Shown here: piece after piece, positions 1 through 9,942 of the stretch
How the letters are laid out: each line of letters begins with the position of its first letter
Position numbering within the stretch: position 1 is the first letter of the stretch
Origin: Armatimonadota bacterium
GTDB taxonomy: Bacteria; Armatimonadota; UBA10988
Direction: 5' to 3'
NCBI GenBank assembly: GCA_016235455.1
Contig: JACRKZ010000031.1
Location: forward strand, 67,556-131,555
Length of the DNA stretch: 64,000 nucleotides
Position numbers and translations under genes: made by a program
Notes under the pieces: generated by a model
What the model was told of the DNA's origin: nothing
Database searches by the model: none
The model's input: the letters and a program-made list of their open reading frames with translations, nothing else

Positions 1-2529
1 GCCTGCGGGCGGCGGATGGTTCGGGCAAGGTCAGCTTCAAGGTCTACGAAGACGGCGCCACGCGCGCCGACGAGAAGACGCGCGGCGCGGGCCCGCTCTA
101 TGGCATCGTGACCAAGTCCGGGCGCCTTCTGGTGGCGGGCGCCGTCTATGCGCCGTACCTGGCAGGCAATACGACCTACAGCTTGAGCGAGTATGATCCC
201 ACGGCCAAGGAGCAGCCCTACTTCGGGGTCACCTACCTGGGCCATCGGCGGACCGTAGGCTGGCACGAATGGGTATTCGACTTCGACGCCGTCAAGGGGC
301 TGCACATCAGCCACAACGGCCAGGATCTGGGCAACCGCTGGAGCTGGGCGAAGAGTCAGGTGCAGGGCTTCGCCGGGGTCGTGGTGTTGGGCGACACTGG
401 CGGCGACAAGGCACAGACGCTGTGGGTTGACGATGTCGCCGTGACGTTGGGACCTGAAGGCACCGTCGATCCCATGACTCAGCTCTGCCCGCCGGCCGAT
501 CCGCCAGCCGAGGGGAACGCGCCGAGCATCGTGCCCGCCCTCGATGGCAAGCATCCACGGCTGCTGTTCGGGGCCGACGAGGTGGCGGCGCTGCGCGAGT
601 TCGTCAAGACGCCGCGTGGCCGCATCCTGTTTGGCCGGGTGGGCGAGTACGTCGGCTCGTGCCGCGCGCCGAGCACGCCGGCCTTCCTGACCGACGCCAC
701 GGACGGACAGCGCCAGGGCATGTGGCGCATGCCGACCGTCGCACTGCACTACCTGCTGACCGGTGACAAGGCGTCGCTGGACGCCGCCGTGGGCTACATG
801 AAGCTGCTGCTGGCCTTGGAACAATGGGAGACCGGCGAGCTGGACTGCGGCATGAGCTCGGCCAACATCATGATCGGCGCGGCGCTGTGCTATGACTGGC
901 TGTACGACGCCCTGGAGCCCGGCTTCCGCGAGGACTTCAGGCGCAAGCTGTGGACCATGGCGCGCCGCCAATACTACCTCGGCCACCTGATGCGCTGGGG
1001 CGCTGATAACCAGCACTACTGGCAGGGCGACCCGCAGAACAACCACCGCTGGCACCGCGATGCCGGCATGTCGTTGGCGCTGTTGGCGGCCTACACCGGC
1101 GAACCCGGCCAGAAGTGGATGATGGGCAAACTGGCCGACGAGATGCGCTACGTGGCCGACTGGTTGCCATCGGACGGCACCAGTCACGAGTCGCCCAGCT
1201 ACATGGTCTTTGGCGGCGCTCACCTGAGCCTGGCGATGCAGGCCGTCGACCGTTGCCTGGGCACGACGTACCTGGATCGCCCGTTCTTCGCCAACATCCC
1301 CGAGTTCATGCTGCAGACGCTCACGCCGGGCCTGGCGCAATGCTTCCACTTCGGCGACCAGGGCGGCACGGGCGTCGAGGAGTTCAACTACGACGTGTTC
1401 GAGATGCTGGCGGTAGGGCAGCATCGGCGGGGCGCTGGTGGACGACCGGCTGGAGCACCGCGGCGTTGGGGCGCAGATCGCCTGGCTGGGTCTGCTGTGG
1501 TATCCGCGCGCACTGGCGGCCAAACCCGGCGCCGCGCCGACACAAGCCTTCTTTGCCGACCTCGGCGTGCAGTTCGTGCGTGACCAGTGGGCGGCCGGCG
1601 GGCGAGGCGCCATGTTCAAGTGCGGGCCGCTGGGTGGCTATCTGCTCAACACCTACCGTGCGCGCCACGGCATGGGCTACGTGAACGTGGCCCATGACGA
1701 CCCCGACGCCAACAGCTTCATGTTGTTCGGCGGCGGCGAGTTCCTGGCAGAGAGCGACCGCTACTCGGGTCAGAAGCGTTCGGCCAACCTCAACACGATC
1801 CTGGTCAACGGCGTGGGCCAGACTGTGCCGGGCCGCGACGAAGGCGGCACCTGGAGCCAGCCTGGCGGCGACATGAGCCGCATGGCCGTCGTCTGCGGGC
1901 GGGCCGTCAACGGCCGCCATCTGGGCATCGAGGGCGAGGCGTCCGGCGCCTACGCACCCAACCCGCGCGGGGTCAGGCGGCCGGCGCTCGACCGCTACCG
2001 CCGCGCGCTGCTGTGGGCCGAGGGCCGCTACCTGCTGGTGCTCGACGACATCCGCGCGCCGTCGGCCGTGGACGTCGACTGGTTGCTACAGAGCGGGCAG
2101 GTGCGGGTTGGTGCCGACCAGCGCTACGAGTTGGTCAAGGGCGCGGCCACCTGCCCGCTGCAGGTGGCAGCAACGGCGCCGTTGGCGGCCAGTGTCGTCG
2201 ACTCGCCGGCGGACAACAAGACCAAGCCGCTGGGCTGGAAGCAGCTTCGCCTGCGCGCCAACACGACCGCGCTGCGGTTGGCCAGCGTGTATGACCTGTG
2301 GGCGCGCGGCGGTCTGACGGTCACACTCACCGCTGACGGCGCCGACCACGCCGTGGTGACCGTCCGGGGCGACGGCGGCATCGCCGACCGCTGGGACTGG
2401 GCGGCTGGCGCGGGTCGGCTCGATCCGTCGCGCATCGTCGGCCAGGACGGGGCAGGCCAGCCGCTGCTGACGATGGGCGAGGCAGAGCCGCAGACGCTCG
2501 CCCTGCTCGCTGCTGTCGCCGCGAAGTAG
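1..2529 (+). pseudogene. Heparinase II/III-like (alginate-lyase-like N-domain + heparinase II/III C-domain) gene, 5'-truncated by the window edge and interrupted by a +1 frameshift near 1416-1437
   Basis: Frame 0 is open from position 3 through ORF 108..1583, so the gene continues upstream of the window. The protein-like sequence ends at ...FNYDVFEMLAV; the next frame has a TAG at 1414-1416. Frame +1 from about 1417 (GSIGGALVDDRLEHRGVGAQIAWLGLLWYP...) continues a heparinase II/III-like C-terminal region (FKCGPLGGYLLNTY..., GMGYVNVAHDDPDANSFMLFGGGEFLAESDRY) to the stop at 2529. The junction runs through a GGG run (gtagggcagc). Confidence 0.6.
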
Positions 2530-2591
2530 CGCTCGCCCCACGCCACAGCCAGCGCAGTTGGCCACGCCCTTCGCCGCGAGTCACGGCGCCG

Positions 2592-2620
2592 TTGACCCGC
2601 TCGCCTCGCCGTGATACAAG
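2592..2620 (+). promoter_or_regulatory. Putative sigma70-type promoter (TTGACC, about 17 nt spacer with TGn, TACAAG) feeding the riboswitch
   Basis: ttgacc at 2592-2597; TG at 2612-2613 followed by tacaag at 2615-2620; sits directly 5' of the B12 aptamer. Confidence 0.3.
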
Positions 2621-2843
2621 ACTCCGCACATGGGAAGCTGGTGAGACTCCAGCACGGCCCCGCCACCGTAACCGGGGACGGCCGTCGCCCAGCGTGCCAC
2701 TGACTCAGTCGAGTTGGGAAGGCCGCGGCGGCCGATCGATCCGGGAGTCGGGATACCAAGCGGCCCACCACGGGGCGCCTTCGAGGGAAGGTACATCACG
2801 ATGCGCGGTCTTCTTGACCCTACGGTCGAGCGGGTGGCTCGGC
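2600..2843 (+). promoter_or_regulatory. Cobalamin (B12) riboswitch plus expression platform upstream of cobU
   Basis: GGGAAgcTGGTGagAcTCCAgCAcGGccCCGCCACcGTAAC at 2632-2672, B12-box GCCACTG at 2695-2701, GGGAAGGC at 2716-2723; 300-nt non-coding leader directly before the cobU ATG at 2844. Confidence 0.75.
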
Positions 2844-3392
2844 ATGGCTGAAGTCATCCTCGTCACCGGCGGCGCGCGCGGCGGCAAGAGTGGCTACGCC
2901 CAGCAGTGGGCGGAGTCGCTGCCCGGCGCGCGCGCCATCATCGCCACCTGCCCGGTGCTCGACGGCGAGATGGCGGCTCGTGTGGCGCGGCATCAGGCCG
3001 ACCGCGCCGGCCGTGGCTGGCGGACCGTCGAAGAGCCGTTGGACCTGGCGCGCGCATTGGCCGAGCTGGCCGACACGCCGGTGGTGCTCATCGACTGCCT
3101 CACCCTCTGGGTCAACAACCTGCTGCACCGAGCCGGCGAGGCCGGCCTCATGTTCGGTGAGGACGAGGTGGTGCCGGAGACCGACCGGCTCACCGCGGCG
3201 TTGGCGGCGCATCCCGGCACGGTCATCCTGGTCAGCGGTGAGGTAGGCTGGGGCATAGTGCCGGCGAACGAGCTGGCGCGGCGCTTCCGCGATGTGGCCG
3301 GCCGCGTCAACCAGCGCGTGGCGGCGGCGGCCGACCGCGTCGTGCTGATGGTCAGCGGGCTTCCCATGGCAGTCAAAGGCGGCTTGCCCTGA
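2844..3392 (+). CDS. cobU: Bifunctional adenosylcobinamide kinase / adenosylcobinamide-phosphate guanylyltransferase
   Basis: MAEVILVTGGARGGKSGYAQ P-loop N-terminus and CobU-like length (182 aa); the earlier ORF start at 2592 would run through the riboswitch. Confidence 0.85.
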   Translation: MAEVILVTGGARGGKSGYAQQWAESLPGARAIIATCPVLDGEMAARVARHQADRAGRGWRTVEEPLDLARALAELADTPVVLIDCLTLWVNNLLHRAGEAGLMFGEDEVVPETDRLTAALAAHPGTVILVSGEVGWGIVPANELARRFRDVAGRVNQRVAAAADRVVLMVSGLPMAVKGGLP

Positions 3393-4481
3393 GTGGCGGG
3401 CCTCGTGTCGAAAGGACCAACCGTGGGGTACGACTCGCTGATCGGGACCATCGCTCCGCTGCACGCTCCCGCCATGGCCGCGGCGCGCGCGCGCCAGGAT
3501 ACGCTGACCAAGCCGCCGGGCAGCCTCGGACGGCTGGAGGAGCTTAGCATCCATCTCGCGGGCATGAGCGGCCTATGCCCGCCACCCGTGCCTCAGACAC
3601 CGTGTGTCATGGTCTTCGCTGGCGACCACGGTGTCTGTGCCCAGGGCATCAGCGCCTTCCCCGCCGAGGTGACGCCGCAGATGGTGCTCAACTTCCTGGC
3701 GGGTGGTGCCGCCATCAATGTACTCGCGCGCCAGGCCGGTGCCAGGGTCGTGGTCGTCGATGCCGGCGTGGCCAGTGACCTGCCGGCGGCCGAAGGCCTG
3801 ATCAGCGGCGAGATAGCGCCGGGCACGGCCGACATGAGCCAGGGCCCGGCCATGACCCGGGAGCAGGCTGTCGCAGCGCTGGAGCTGGGCATTCGTGTGG
3901 CCAGCGACCAGATCGCCGCCGGCGCCGACCTGCTGGCCTGCGGCGACATGGGCATCGGCAACACAACGCCCTCGGCGGCCATCACGGCGGTGGTCACCGG
4001 CCGCTCGCCGGCCGAGGTGACTGGGCCGGGCACCGGCCTGCCCTCCGACCGTGTGCGCCACAAGACCCAGGTCATCGAGCAGGCCATCGCCCGCAACCAG
4101 CCACGGCGCGACGACGCCATCGGGTTGCTCGCGGCGGTGGGCGGCTTCGAGATCGGCGCCATCGCCGGCGCCATGCTGGCCGCCGCCGCGGCGCGCGTGC
4201 CCATGGTGGTCGACGGCTTCATCAGCACCGCCGGCGCGCTCATCGCCTACGTGCTGGCTCCAGCCGTGCAGCCTTTCCTGATCGCCGGCCATCGCAGCCA
4301 GGAGCCGGGTCACGACGCCGCCTTGGCGCATCTGGGCTTGAGCCCGCTGCTCGACTTGCGCCTGCGGCTGGGCGAGGGCACTGGCGCGGTGCTGGCTTTC
4401 CCGCTGGTGCAGGCGGCGGCCCGCATCGCGGATGAGATGGCCACCTTTGGCGAAGCGGGAGTGTCAGGCGCCGATGCGTGA
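3393..4481 (+). CDS. cobT: Nicotinate-nucleotide--dimethylbenzimidazole phosphoribosyltransferase
   Basis: Starts at GTG immediately after the cobU stop; motifs PPGSLGRLEEL, MVFAGDHGV, DMGIGNTT typical of CobT. Confidence 0.85.
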   Translation: MAGLVSKGPTVGYDSLIGTIAPLHAPAMAAARARQDTLTKPPGSLGRLEELSIHLAGMSGLCPPPVPQTPCVMVFAGDHGVCAQGISAFPAEVTPQMVLNFLAGGAAINVLARQAGARVVVVDAGVASDLPAAEGLISGEIAPGTADMSQGPAMTREQAVAALELGIRVASDQIAAGADLLACGDMGIGNTTPSAAITAVVTGRSPAEVTGPGTGLPSDRVRHKTQVIEQAIARNQPRRDDAIGLLAAVGGFEIGAIAGAMLAAAAARVPMVVDGFISTAGALIAYVLAPAVQPFLIAGHRSQEPGHDAALAHLGLSPLLDLRLRLGEGTGAVLAFPLVQAAARIADEMATFGEAGVSGADA

Positions 4482-5190
4482 TCTGCGACGGGCGATAGCG
4501 CTGCTGACCATCGTGCCCGCCGACTTCGCGCCGGACGACCCGGCGCCGGTCGGCCGCGCCATGGCCTGGTACCCACTGGTTGGCCTGGGGCTCGGGCTGT
4601 GCCTGGGGGCCGCATGGTGGGCGCTGGGCGCGGCGAGCGAGGTGCTGCGAGCGGCACTCGTGGTGACGCTGTGGGCCGTACTGACTGGTGGCCTGCACCT
4701 CGACGGCTGGAGCGACTGCTGCGATGCGCTACTGGCCACCACGACGCGCGAGCGCCGGCTGGAGATTCTGCGCGATCCGCGGCTGGGCGCGTTCGGCGCC
4801 ACGGGGCTGGGCTTGCTGCTGCTGGTCAAGACCGCCGCGGTGGCCAGCTTGAGCGGCCCAAGTGCGTTGCTGCTGGCGCCGGCCTTGGCGCGGTGGGTGC
4901 TGGTGCTGGTGGCCAGGCGCTGGCCCTCGGCGCGGCCGGGTGGCATGGGCGATACGTTCCGGGCCGGGCTGGGCGCGCGAGAGATCGCGCTCGCCAGTGC
5001 GACCGTCTGGGTGGCGGTAGCGCTGCTCGGCGGCTTGCCGGCGCTAGGCGTGGTCTTTGTTGCCGCCGGGGCCCTGGGTTCGTTCGCGGCGAGTCGGCTG
5101 GGCGGCGTCACAGGCGACGTCTACGGCGCCGTAGTCGAGTCCGGCGAGGCCGCGGCGCTGGTCGTCGCGGCGCTGATGGGGCATCTGTGA
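4474..5190 (+). CDS. cobS: Adenosylcobinamide-GDP ribazoletransferase (cobalamin synthase), polytopic membrane protein
   Basis: MRDLRRAIALLTIVP... N-terminus, multi-TM CobS-like; ATG at 4474 overlaps the cobT 3' end by 8 nt. Confidence 0.8.
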   Translation: MRDLRRAIALLTIVPADFAPDDPAPVGRAMAWYPLVGLGLGLCLGAAWWALGAASEVLRAALVVTLWAVLTGGLHLDGWSDCCDALLATTTRERRLEILRDPRLGAFGATGLGLLLLVKTAAVASLSGPSALLLAPALARWVLVLVARRWPSARPGGMGDTFRAGLGAREIALASATVWVAVALLGGLPALGVVFVAAGALGSFAASRLGGVTGDVYGAVVESGEAAALVVAALMGHL

Positions 5191-5933
5191 TGCGACTCGG
5201 CACCACGTCGTACATCATCCCCGCGGACATACTGCCCAACGTGGAGTACCTGGCCGATCGGGTGGACGACATCGAGCTCGTGCTGTTTGAGGTCGATAGC
5301 GACGGCGGCAATCTGCCCGACGCGGCGACCATCGCGCGGCTGGCCGAGCTGGCGGCGGAGCACGACCTGACCTACACGGTGCACCTGCCGCTCGATCTGC
5401 GCCTGGCCGCCGACGGCAGTGCGGCCTCGCGTTCGCTCGACGCGGCGCGGCGGGTGTTCGAGGTGGCCGCGCCACTGGACCCATACGCCTGGGTGCTGCA
5501 CCTGGACGGGCAGGATCTGGACGACGCCGCAGCCTGGCGGCGGCGCGCGCGGCGGTCGCTGGAACTGGCCGGCGAGCTGTGCGGCGGGCTGGAGCGGCTG
5601 GCCGTGGAGAACCTGGAGCGGTGGGACCCGGCCCACTTCGCGCCGCTGCTCGATGAGCTGCCGGTGAGCCGCTGTGTCGATGTGGGCCACCTCTGGCTCG
5701 AAGGCCACGACCCGCTGGCTTACCTGGATGCCTGGCTGCCGCGCGCGCGGGTGGTGCATGTGCACGGCATCGGCGAACGCGACCACCAGTCGCTGGCGCT
5801 CCTGCCGCCCGAACGGCTGCGCCCCGTCGTCGAGCGACTGGCGGCGTTCGACGGCGTGGTCACGCTGGAGGTCTTTGGCCAGGACGACTTCGAGTCGTCG
5901 TTGGCCGCATGGCAAACAGCCGCGCTCGGCTGA
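5190..5933 (+). CDS. CbiR-like cobamide-remodeling phosphodiesterase candidate (AP-endonuclease-2 / xylose-isomerase-like TIM barrel)
   Basis: ATG overlaps the cobS TGA (tgATG). MRLGTTSYIIPADILPNVEYLADRVDDIELVLFE... sugar-phosphate-isomerase/epimerase-like TIM barrel embedded in a cob nucleotide-loop operon, as described for CbiR. The six-frame ORF 4599..5933 is an N-extended artefact. Confidence 0.55.
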   Translation: MRLGTTSYIIPADILPNVEYLADRVDDIELVLFEVDSDGGNLPDAATIARLAELAAEHDLTYTVHLPLDLRLAADGSAASRSLDAARRVFEVAAPLDPYAWVLHLDGQDLDDAAAWRRRARRSLELAGELCGGLERLAVENLERWDPAHFAPLLDELPVSRCVDVGHLWLEGHDPLAYLDAWLPRARVVHVHGIGERDHQSLALLPPERLRPVVERLAAFDGVVTLEVFGQDDFESSLAAWQTAALG

Positions 5934-5952
5934 GCCCCATGCTTACCTTGCC

Positions 5953-8093
5953 TCAGCACGCCTCGAACACCACCACCTCGGAGCTAATCGGCCGGGCCAG
6001 GCGCACGGCAACGCCGTCCGCCACCAGCGCCGCGCCGTCGCGGACGAAGCTCTGGCCGCTGTTGTCCAGCGTGACGCGGTAGGCGCGGCTCAGATCGAGC
6101 CCGCGTGGCCGTAGCACCCAGGCGTCCTCGGCCGGGCCGCCCAGGCGGAACAGACCCGCCACCGCCGTGGTGCGGTCGGCTGCCACCATCTCCCACACGG
6201 CCCAGCCGCGCGGCTCCTTACCGGCCAGCACGGGCGTGTGGTGATAGGTGCGGCAGTCGGGCAGCAGCGGCCGAATGACCCGCTTGTAGAGCGCTACATG
6301 GTGCTTCACGCGGGCCAACTGCGCCGCATTGTGCCGTTCGGCGTCGGGTGCCAGACCGATCAGGCACAGGTGGCCGAAGAAGCAGCCACGGATCGTGGTG
6401 TCCAGGTCGCCGCGGATATGCCCGTTCATGCCCACGCCGGCCTTGAGTTCCAGGCGCTCGGGCGGCAGCGCGATGGACAGGCCATTGAAGATGCGGGCCA
6501 GCCGAGGCTGGACGAACCAGTCGCTGACCTGCGTATGATGGAAGGCGCCGAGCATGGCCAGGTTGGCGCGACTGCCGCCGCCGGCGCAGTTCTCCATGAT
6601 CATCTGCGGGTAGCGCGCCGCCAGGCGCCGGTACAGGCCGTCGATGGCCTGGTAGTAGCGCCAGAGATGGTTTTCGTGGTAGCCCGCGCGCTGGGTCTGG
6701 CAGCCTTCGTAGGTCTCCGTGTTGTAGTCCAGGCGGAACAGATCGAGCTGGTAGCGGTCGATGACGCGACACAGCGTCTCCTCCAGCCAGGCCAGCGCGG
6801 CGGGGTTGGTCAGGTCCATATCGCCCCAGTCGGCCGGCCGGCCGAAGGTGGTGGCCAGCCACTCGGGATGCTCCAGCGCCGCGGCGCTCTCGCGGCCCAG
6901 ACGCTCGCAGTCGAACCACAGCCCGCACCGCAAGCCGCGGGCTCGCGCGCGCTCGAAGACCGGCTCAAGCCCGTTAGGCAAGCGATCGCCGCAGCGCCAG
7001 TCGCCCACCTTGAGCCACCAGTTGCTGCCCTGGTCGCCGAACCAGCCGGCGTCCACGATAAGCACCTCGGCACCGACCTCGGCAGCTAGGTCGACATCGT
7101 GGAGCAATCCCGACTCGGTCAGTTCGTGCTCGACATACCCCCAGTGGTTGTAGCTGACCAGCGCCTCACACCCAGGCACCGTCGGTCGCAGCACGCTCCG
7201 GCGCAGGTGCGTGTGCCAGGCCTGGATGGCCGCGTCGAAGTCGAGTTGGAGCAACCCCAGATGCACGGCCGGCGTGTCGACCGTCTCGCCGGGGGCCAGC
7301 ACGCGCTGCGGCGCCGGAGCCGTGGGGCCGAGGCGCACATGCAGCCAGGCGTCGGTGGTGGACAGGTATTCGGCGGTCAGCTCGATGGCCCAGTTGCCGC
7401 TCCAGGCCAGCCCGGCGACGAAATGCTCGCCGGTGGCCTCGTTCGCCACGATGAAGAACGGCTGCCCGCAGCCCGACTTGCCGGTACGGCTCTCCAGCCT
7501 GACCGGGGTACTGGGCAGCGGCAGCCATTCGAATGCGCCCTCGTTCAGGTGCACCTTCTCAGCGAAGTAGCCCAGCCGGAACGGCGACTGGCCGGGCTCG
7601 AGCAGCGGCCGCCAGTCGCCCTGCTGGCCGAGGCGCAAGGCGATGCCGGCATAGGGCCACACCGCGCCCAACGCCGCCGGCGCGTCGCTCGTGTTGGTGA
7701 TGCTCAGCCAGCGTGTCAGGAGACCTGTGCCATCGACTTCGGTGTGCAGGCTGATGGTGATTGGCCGGAGCGTGCTGCGCAGCTCCACCGTGCCGCGGCC
7801 TGGGCCGTCGTCGTGGTACCCGACGAACTCCCAGCCGAAGTGCAGGGACTGGCCATCGACCTCCAGCCCGAACGCGGCCAGGTCGAGCCCGGCGGTGGTG
7901 CGCGGCACATGAGCGGCCTCGGGTATCCAGCCCAGCAGGCGTTCGGGCTCGACATACCCGGCGCCCTGCCAGTAGCGGCCCACCCAGCGGCCGTCGATCA
8001 GCGCCTCGTCGTGCAGGGTCAGCCCGGAGGTGCAGAGCAGGCCAGGGCTGGGCTCGGTGCGGAACAGGAGCGTGGCGTCGTCCATGGGGCTAT
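5953..8093 (-). CDS. Alpha-galactosidase, glycoside hydrolase family 36
   Basis: SYNHWGYVEHE, LIVDAGWF, NWWLKVGDW, FRLDYN, IMENCAGGGSRANLAML motifs; start chosen at MDDATLLF (8093); the longer ORF to 8574 is GC-driven extension. Confidence 0.8.
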
Positions 8094-9922
8094 CCCTCGC
8101 GGTAGTCGGGCGGCGTGGCGACGGATTCGTCCACCTTCTCGCGCCAGTCGCCACGCCAGGTGCGCGTCGTGCCCTGCTGGTCGGCGAAGCGCACCCAGAC
8201 ATCCCGACCTTGCAGGCCTGCCAAGCCAGCCGGCAGTTGCCAGGCGTCGTGGAAATACGAGCGGCCGTTGCGCAGTTCGACACGGTAGGCGGCGCTACGG
8301 CGGCCGCCCTGGTCAAACCACAAGCGCAGCGTGGCCGGCTGGCCATCCAGCGCCGGCCAAGCGGCCCACACCTCGATCCACGGCTGGCCGGCGTAGGTGC
8401 GCAGCTTGGCGAAGACGAGCGGCTTCTGGTCGTAGCGCTCGCCGTCGGGCAGGTTGCGGTCGACCAGCGGTAGGCGGAACCAGCACCACTGGAAGTCGCC
8501 CTGGTGCAGCGGCTCGAAGGCGCTGTAGCGGTGCGCGGCCTTGACCACGGCCTCGACCACGCCGTAGGCGCCATACTTCCAGCACTGGCTCTGGTCGGCG
8601 CCCGGCTTGCCCGGCACGACGTTCATGTCCGAGGTCCACACCACCAGGTCGTCGGTGGTGAACAGGTCGAGCCCGCAGAGCATCTCCAGCTCCCAGAACG
8701 GGATGGGCCGGTCGTTCTGCGCGATCTCCTCGAGGCCCTCGTTGGTGTAGCGCGTCCAGGCGCCGACACGCGTCTTCTCCAAGCCGGGGCGGCGCTGCGT
8801 GCTCGAACTCGGGTAATCGCCGGCCCGCCGGTGCTGCATCAGGTACATACGTTGGGCCTGAACGTACAGGTCGCGCAAGGTGTGCTCAGCTTCGCCCTTC
8901 TCCAGCCGCAAGTCCTGGCCATAGGCTCGGGTGGCGCCCAGTTCACTGTAGACCGGCTTGCCGTCGACCAGCACCAGCTTGCCGTCGACCAGCACCAGCT
9001 TGCCGTCGGCAACGCGCTGGTAGAAGGGCTCGTTGCCCCAGATCGCGCGCAGATAGCCGTCGCTGCTGAGCGTGCCCGAGCAGTCATTGACAATGCGCAG
9101 CGTCGGGTCGCTGCCGGCCAGGAAGTCCTTCTCGGGCAGCAGGTAGGCCGGCAGACCGGTCTCCTTCTGGCGTTCCGACTCCCAGTAGGCGCCGACGCTG
9201 AACGTCCACTGCCCATAGGTCACGGGCACAATTGGCGCGCCGGCCTTGGCGGCCGCCTCGGCATAGCCCTGATAGAGCCAGCCGAAGACATTGCGCTGAT
9301 GCTCCCAGCCTTCGGTGCACTCGATATCGATCATGCAGTACTTGGCGCCACGGCCATGGCTGTCGAGCGAGTGCGACTCGCCCTCGAAGCAGGCCGCGCC
9401 GAGCGCCCTGAAGGCGGCCTCATCGGGCACCATCCGATGGTCGACGCCGAACTTGCGCAGCACGGCGACGCGCGGGTCGGCTGGGTCGGCGGCGGCCAGC
9501 TTGTCGGCCAGGCGCACGGCATAGCCCCACCACATCGGGTCGCACATGAGCTGCCACTTGCGCTCATAGGGCTGCAACGACAGGCTGACCGGCCCTTCGC
9601 GGTAACGTGGCATGGCCATGACCGAGGTGATGCCGTGGCTGAAGTGGCCGTTGGCGGCGTCGCTGTCGTACCACGGTCCACCCAGGTGGATCCGGCAGCT
9701 CTCGAGTCGGAACTCGGGGAAGCGCGAGAACAGCGCCGCCGTTCGCGCTGTCTGCTCAGCGAACGGGTAGTCCAACCCGCCGGGCCGCGGCGCGGCGCGG
9801 CGCTCGAAGCGCAGCACCGGCGCCTGCTGGGTGACGAACGGCCGGCCCTCGTAGTCGGCGGTCGGCTGCTGGGCCGAGACACCGCCGAGGCTGACGAGCA
9901 AGGCTATCCATGTCAGGCGCAT
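8090..9922 (-). CDS. Secreted hypothetical protein (610 aa), possible novel glycoside-hydrolase-like protein
   Basis: Signal-peptide-like start MRLTWIALLVSLGGVSAQQ at 9922; stop overlaps the GH36 start (8090-8093); contains a 21-bp tandem repeat encoding DGKLVLV x2.7. Confidence 0.6.
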   Translation of the reverse strand: MRLTWIALLVSLGGVSAQQPTADYEGRPFVTQQAPVLRFERRAAPRPGGLDYPFAEQTARTAALFSRFPEFRLESCRIHLGGPWYDSDAANGHFSHGITSVMAMPRYREGPVSLSLQPYERKWQLMCDPMWWGYAVRLADKLAAADPADPRVAVLRKFGVDHRMVPDEAAFRALGAACFEGESHSLDSHGRGAKYCMIDIECTEGWEHQRNVFGWLYQGYAEAAAKAGAPIVPVTYGQWTFSVGAYWESERQKETGLPAYLLPEKDFLAGSDPTLRIVNDCSGTLSSDGYLRAIWGNEPFYQRVADGKLVLVDGKLVLVDGKPVYSELGATRAYGQDLRLEKGEAEHTLRDLYVQAQRMYLMQHRRAGDYPSSSTQRRPGLEKTRVGAWTRYTNEGLEEIAQNDRPIPFWELEMLCGLDLFTTDDLVVWTSDMNVVPGKPGADQSQCWKYGAYGVVEAVVKAAHRYSAFEPLHQGDFQWCWFRLPLVDRNLPDGERYDQKPLVFAKLRTYAGQPWIEVWAAWPALDGQPATLRLWFDQGGRRSAAYRVELRNGRSYFHDAWQLPAGLAGLQGRDVWVRFADQQGTTRTWRGDWREKVDESVATPPDYREG

Positions 9923-9942
9923 CCCGCTCACCTCCTCCGCGC

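Noticed and set aside
2592-2843. N-terminal extension of the cobU ORF starting at 2592
   Set aside because: It would be translated through the cobalamin riboswitch; the conserved CobU N-terminus (MAEVILVTGG P-loop) begins at 2844.
5934-5952. Possible terminator in the 19-bp gap between convergent cbiR-like and GH36 genes
   Set aside because: Only a weak 7-bp imperfect inverted repeat; not enough to call.
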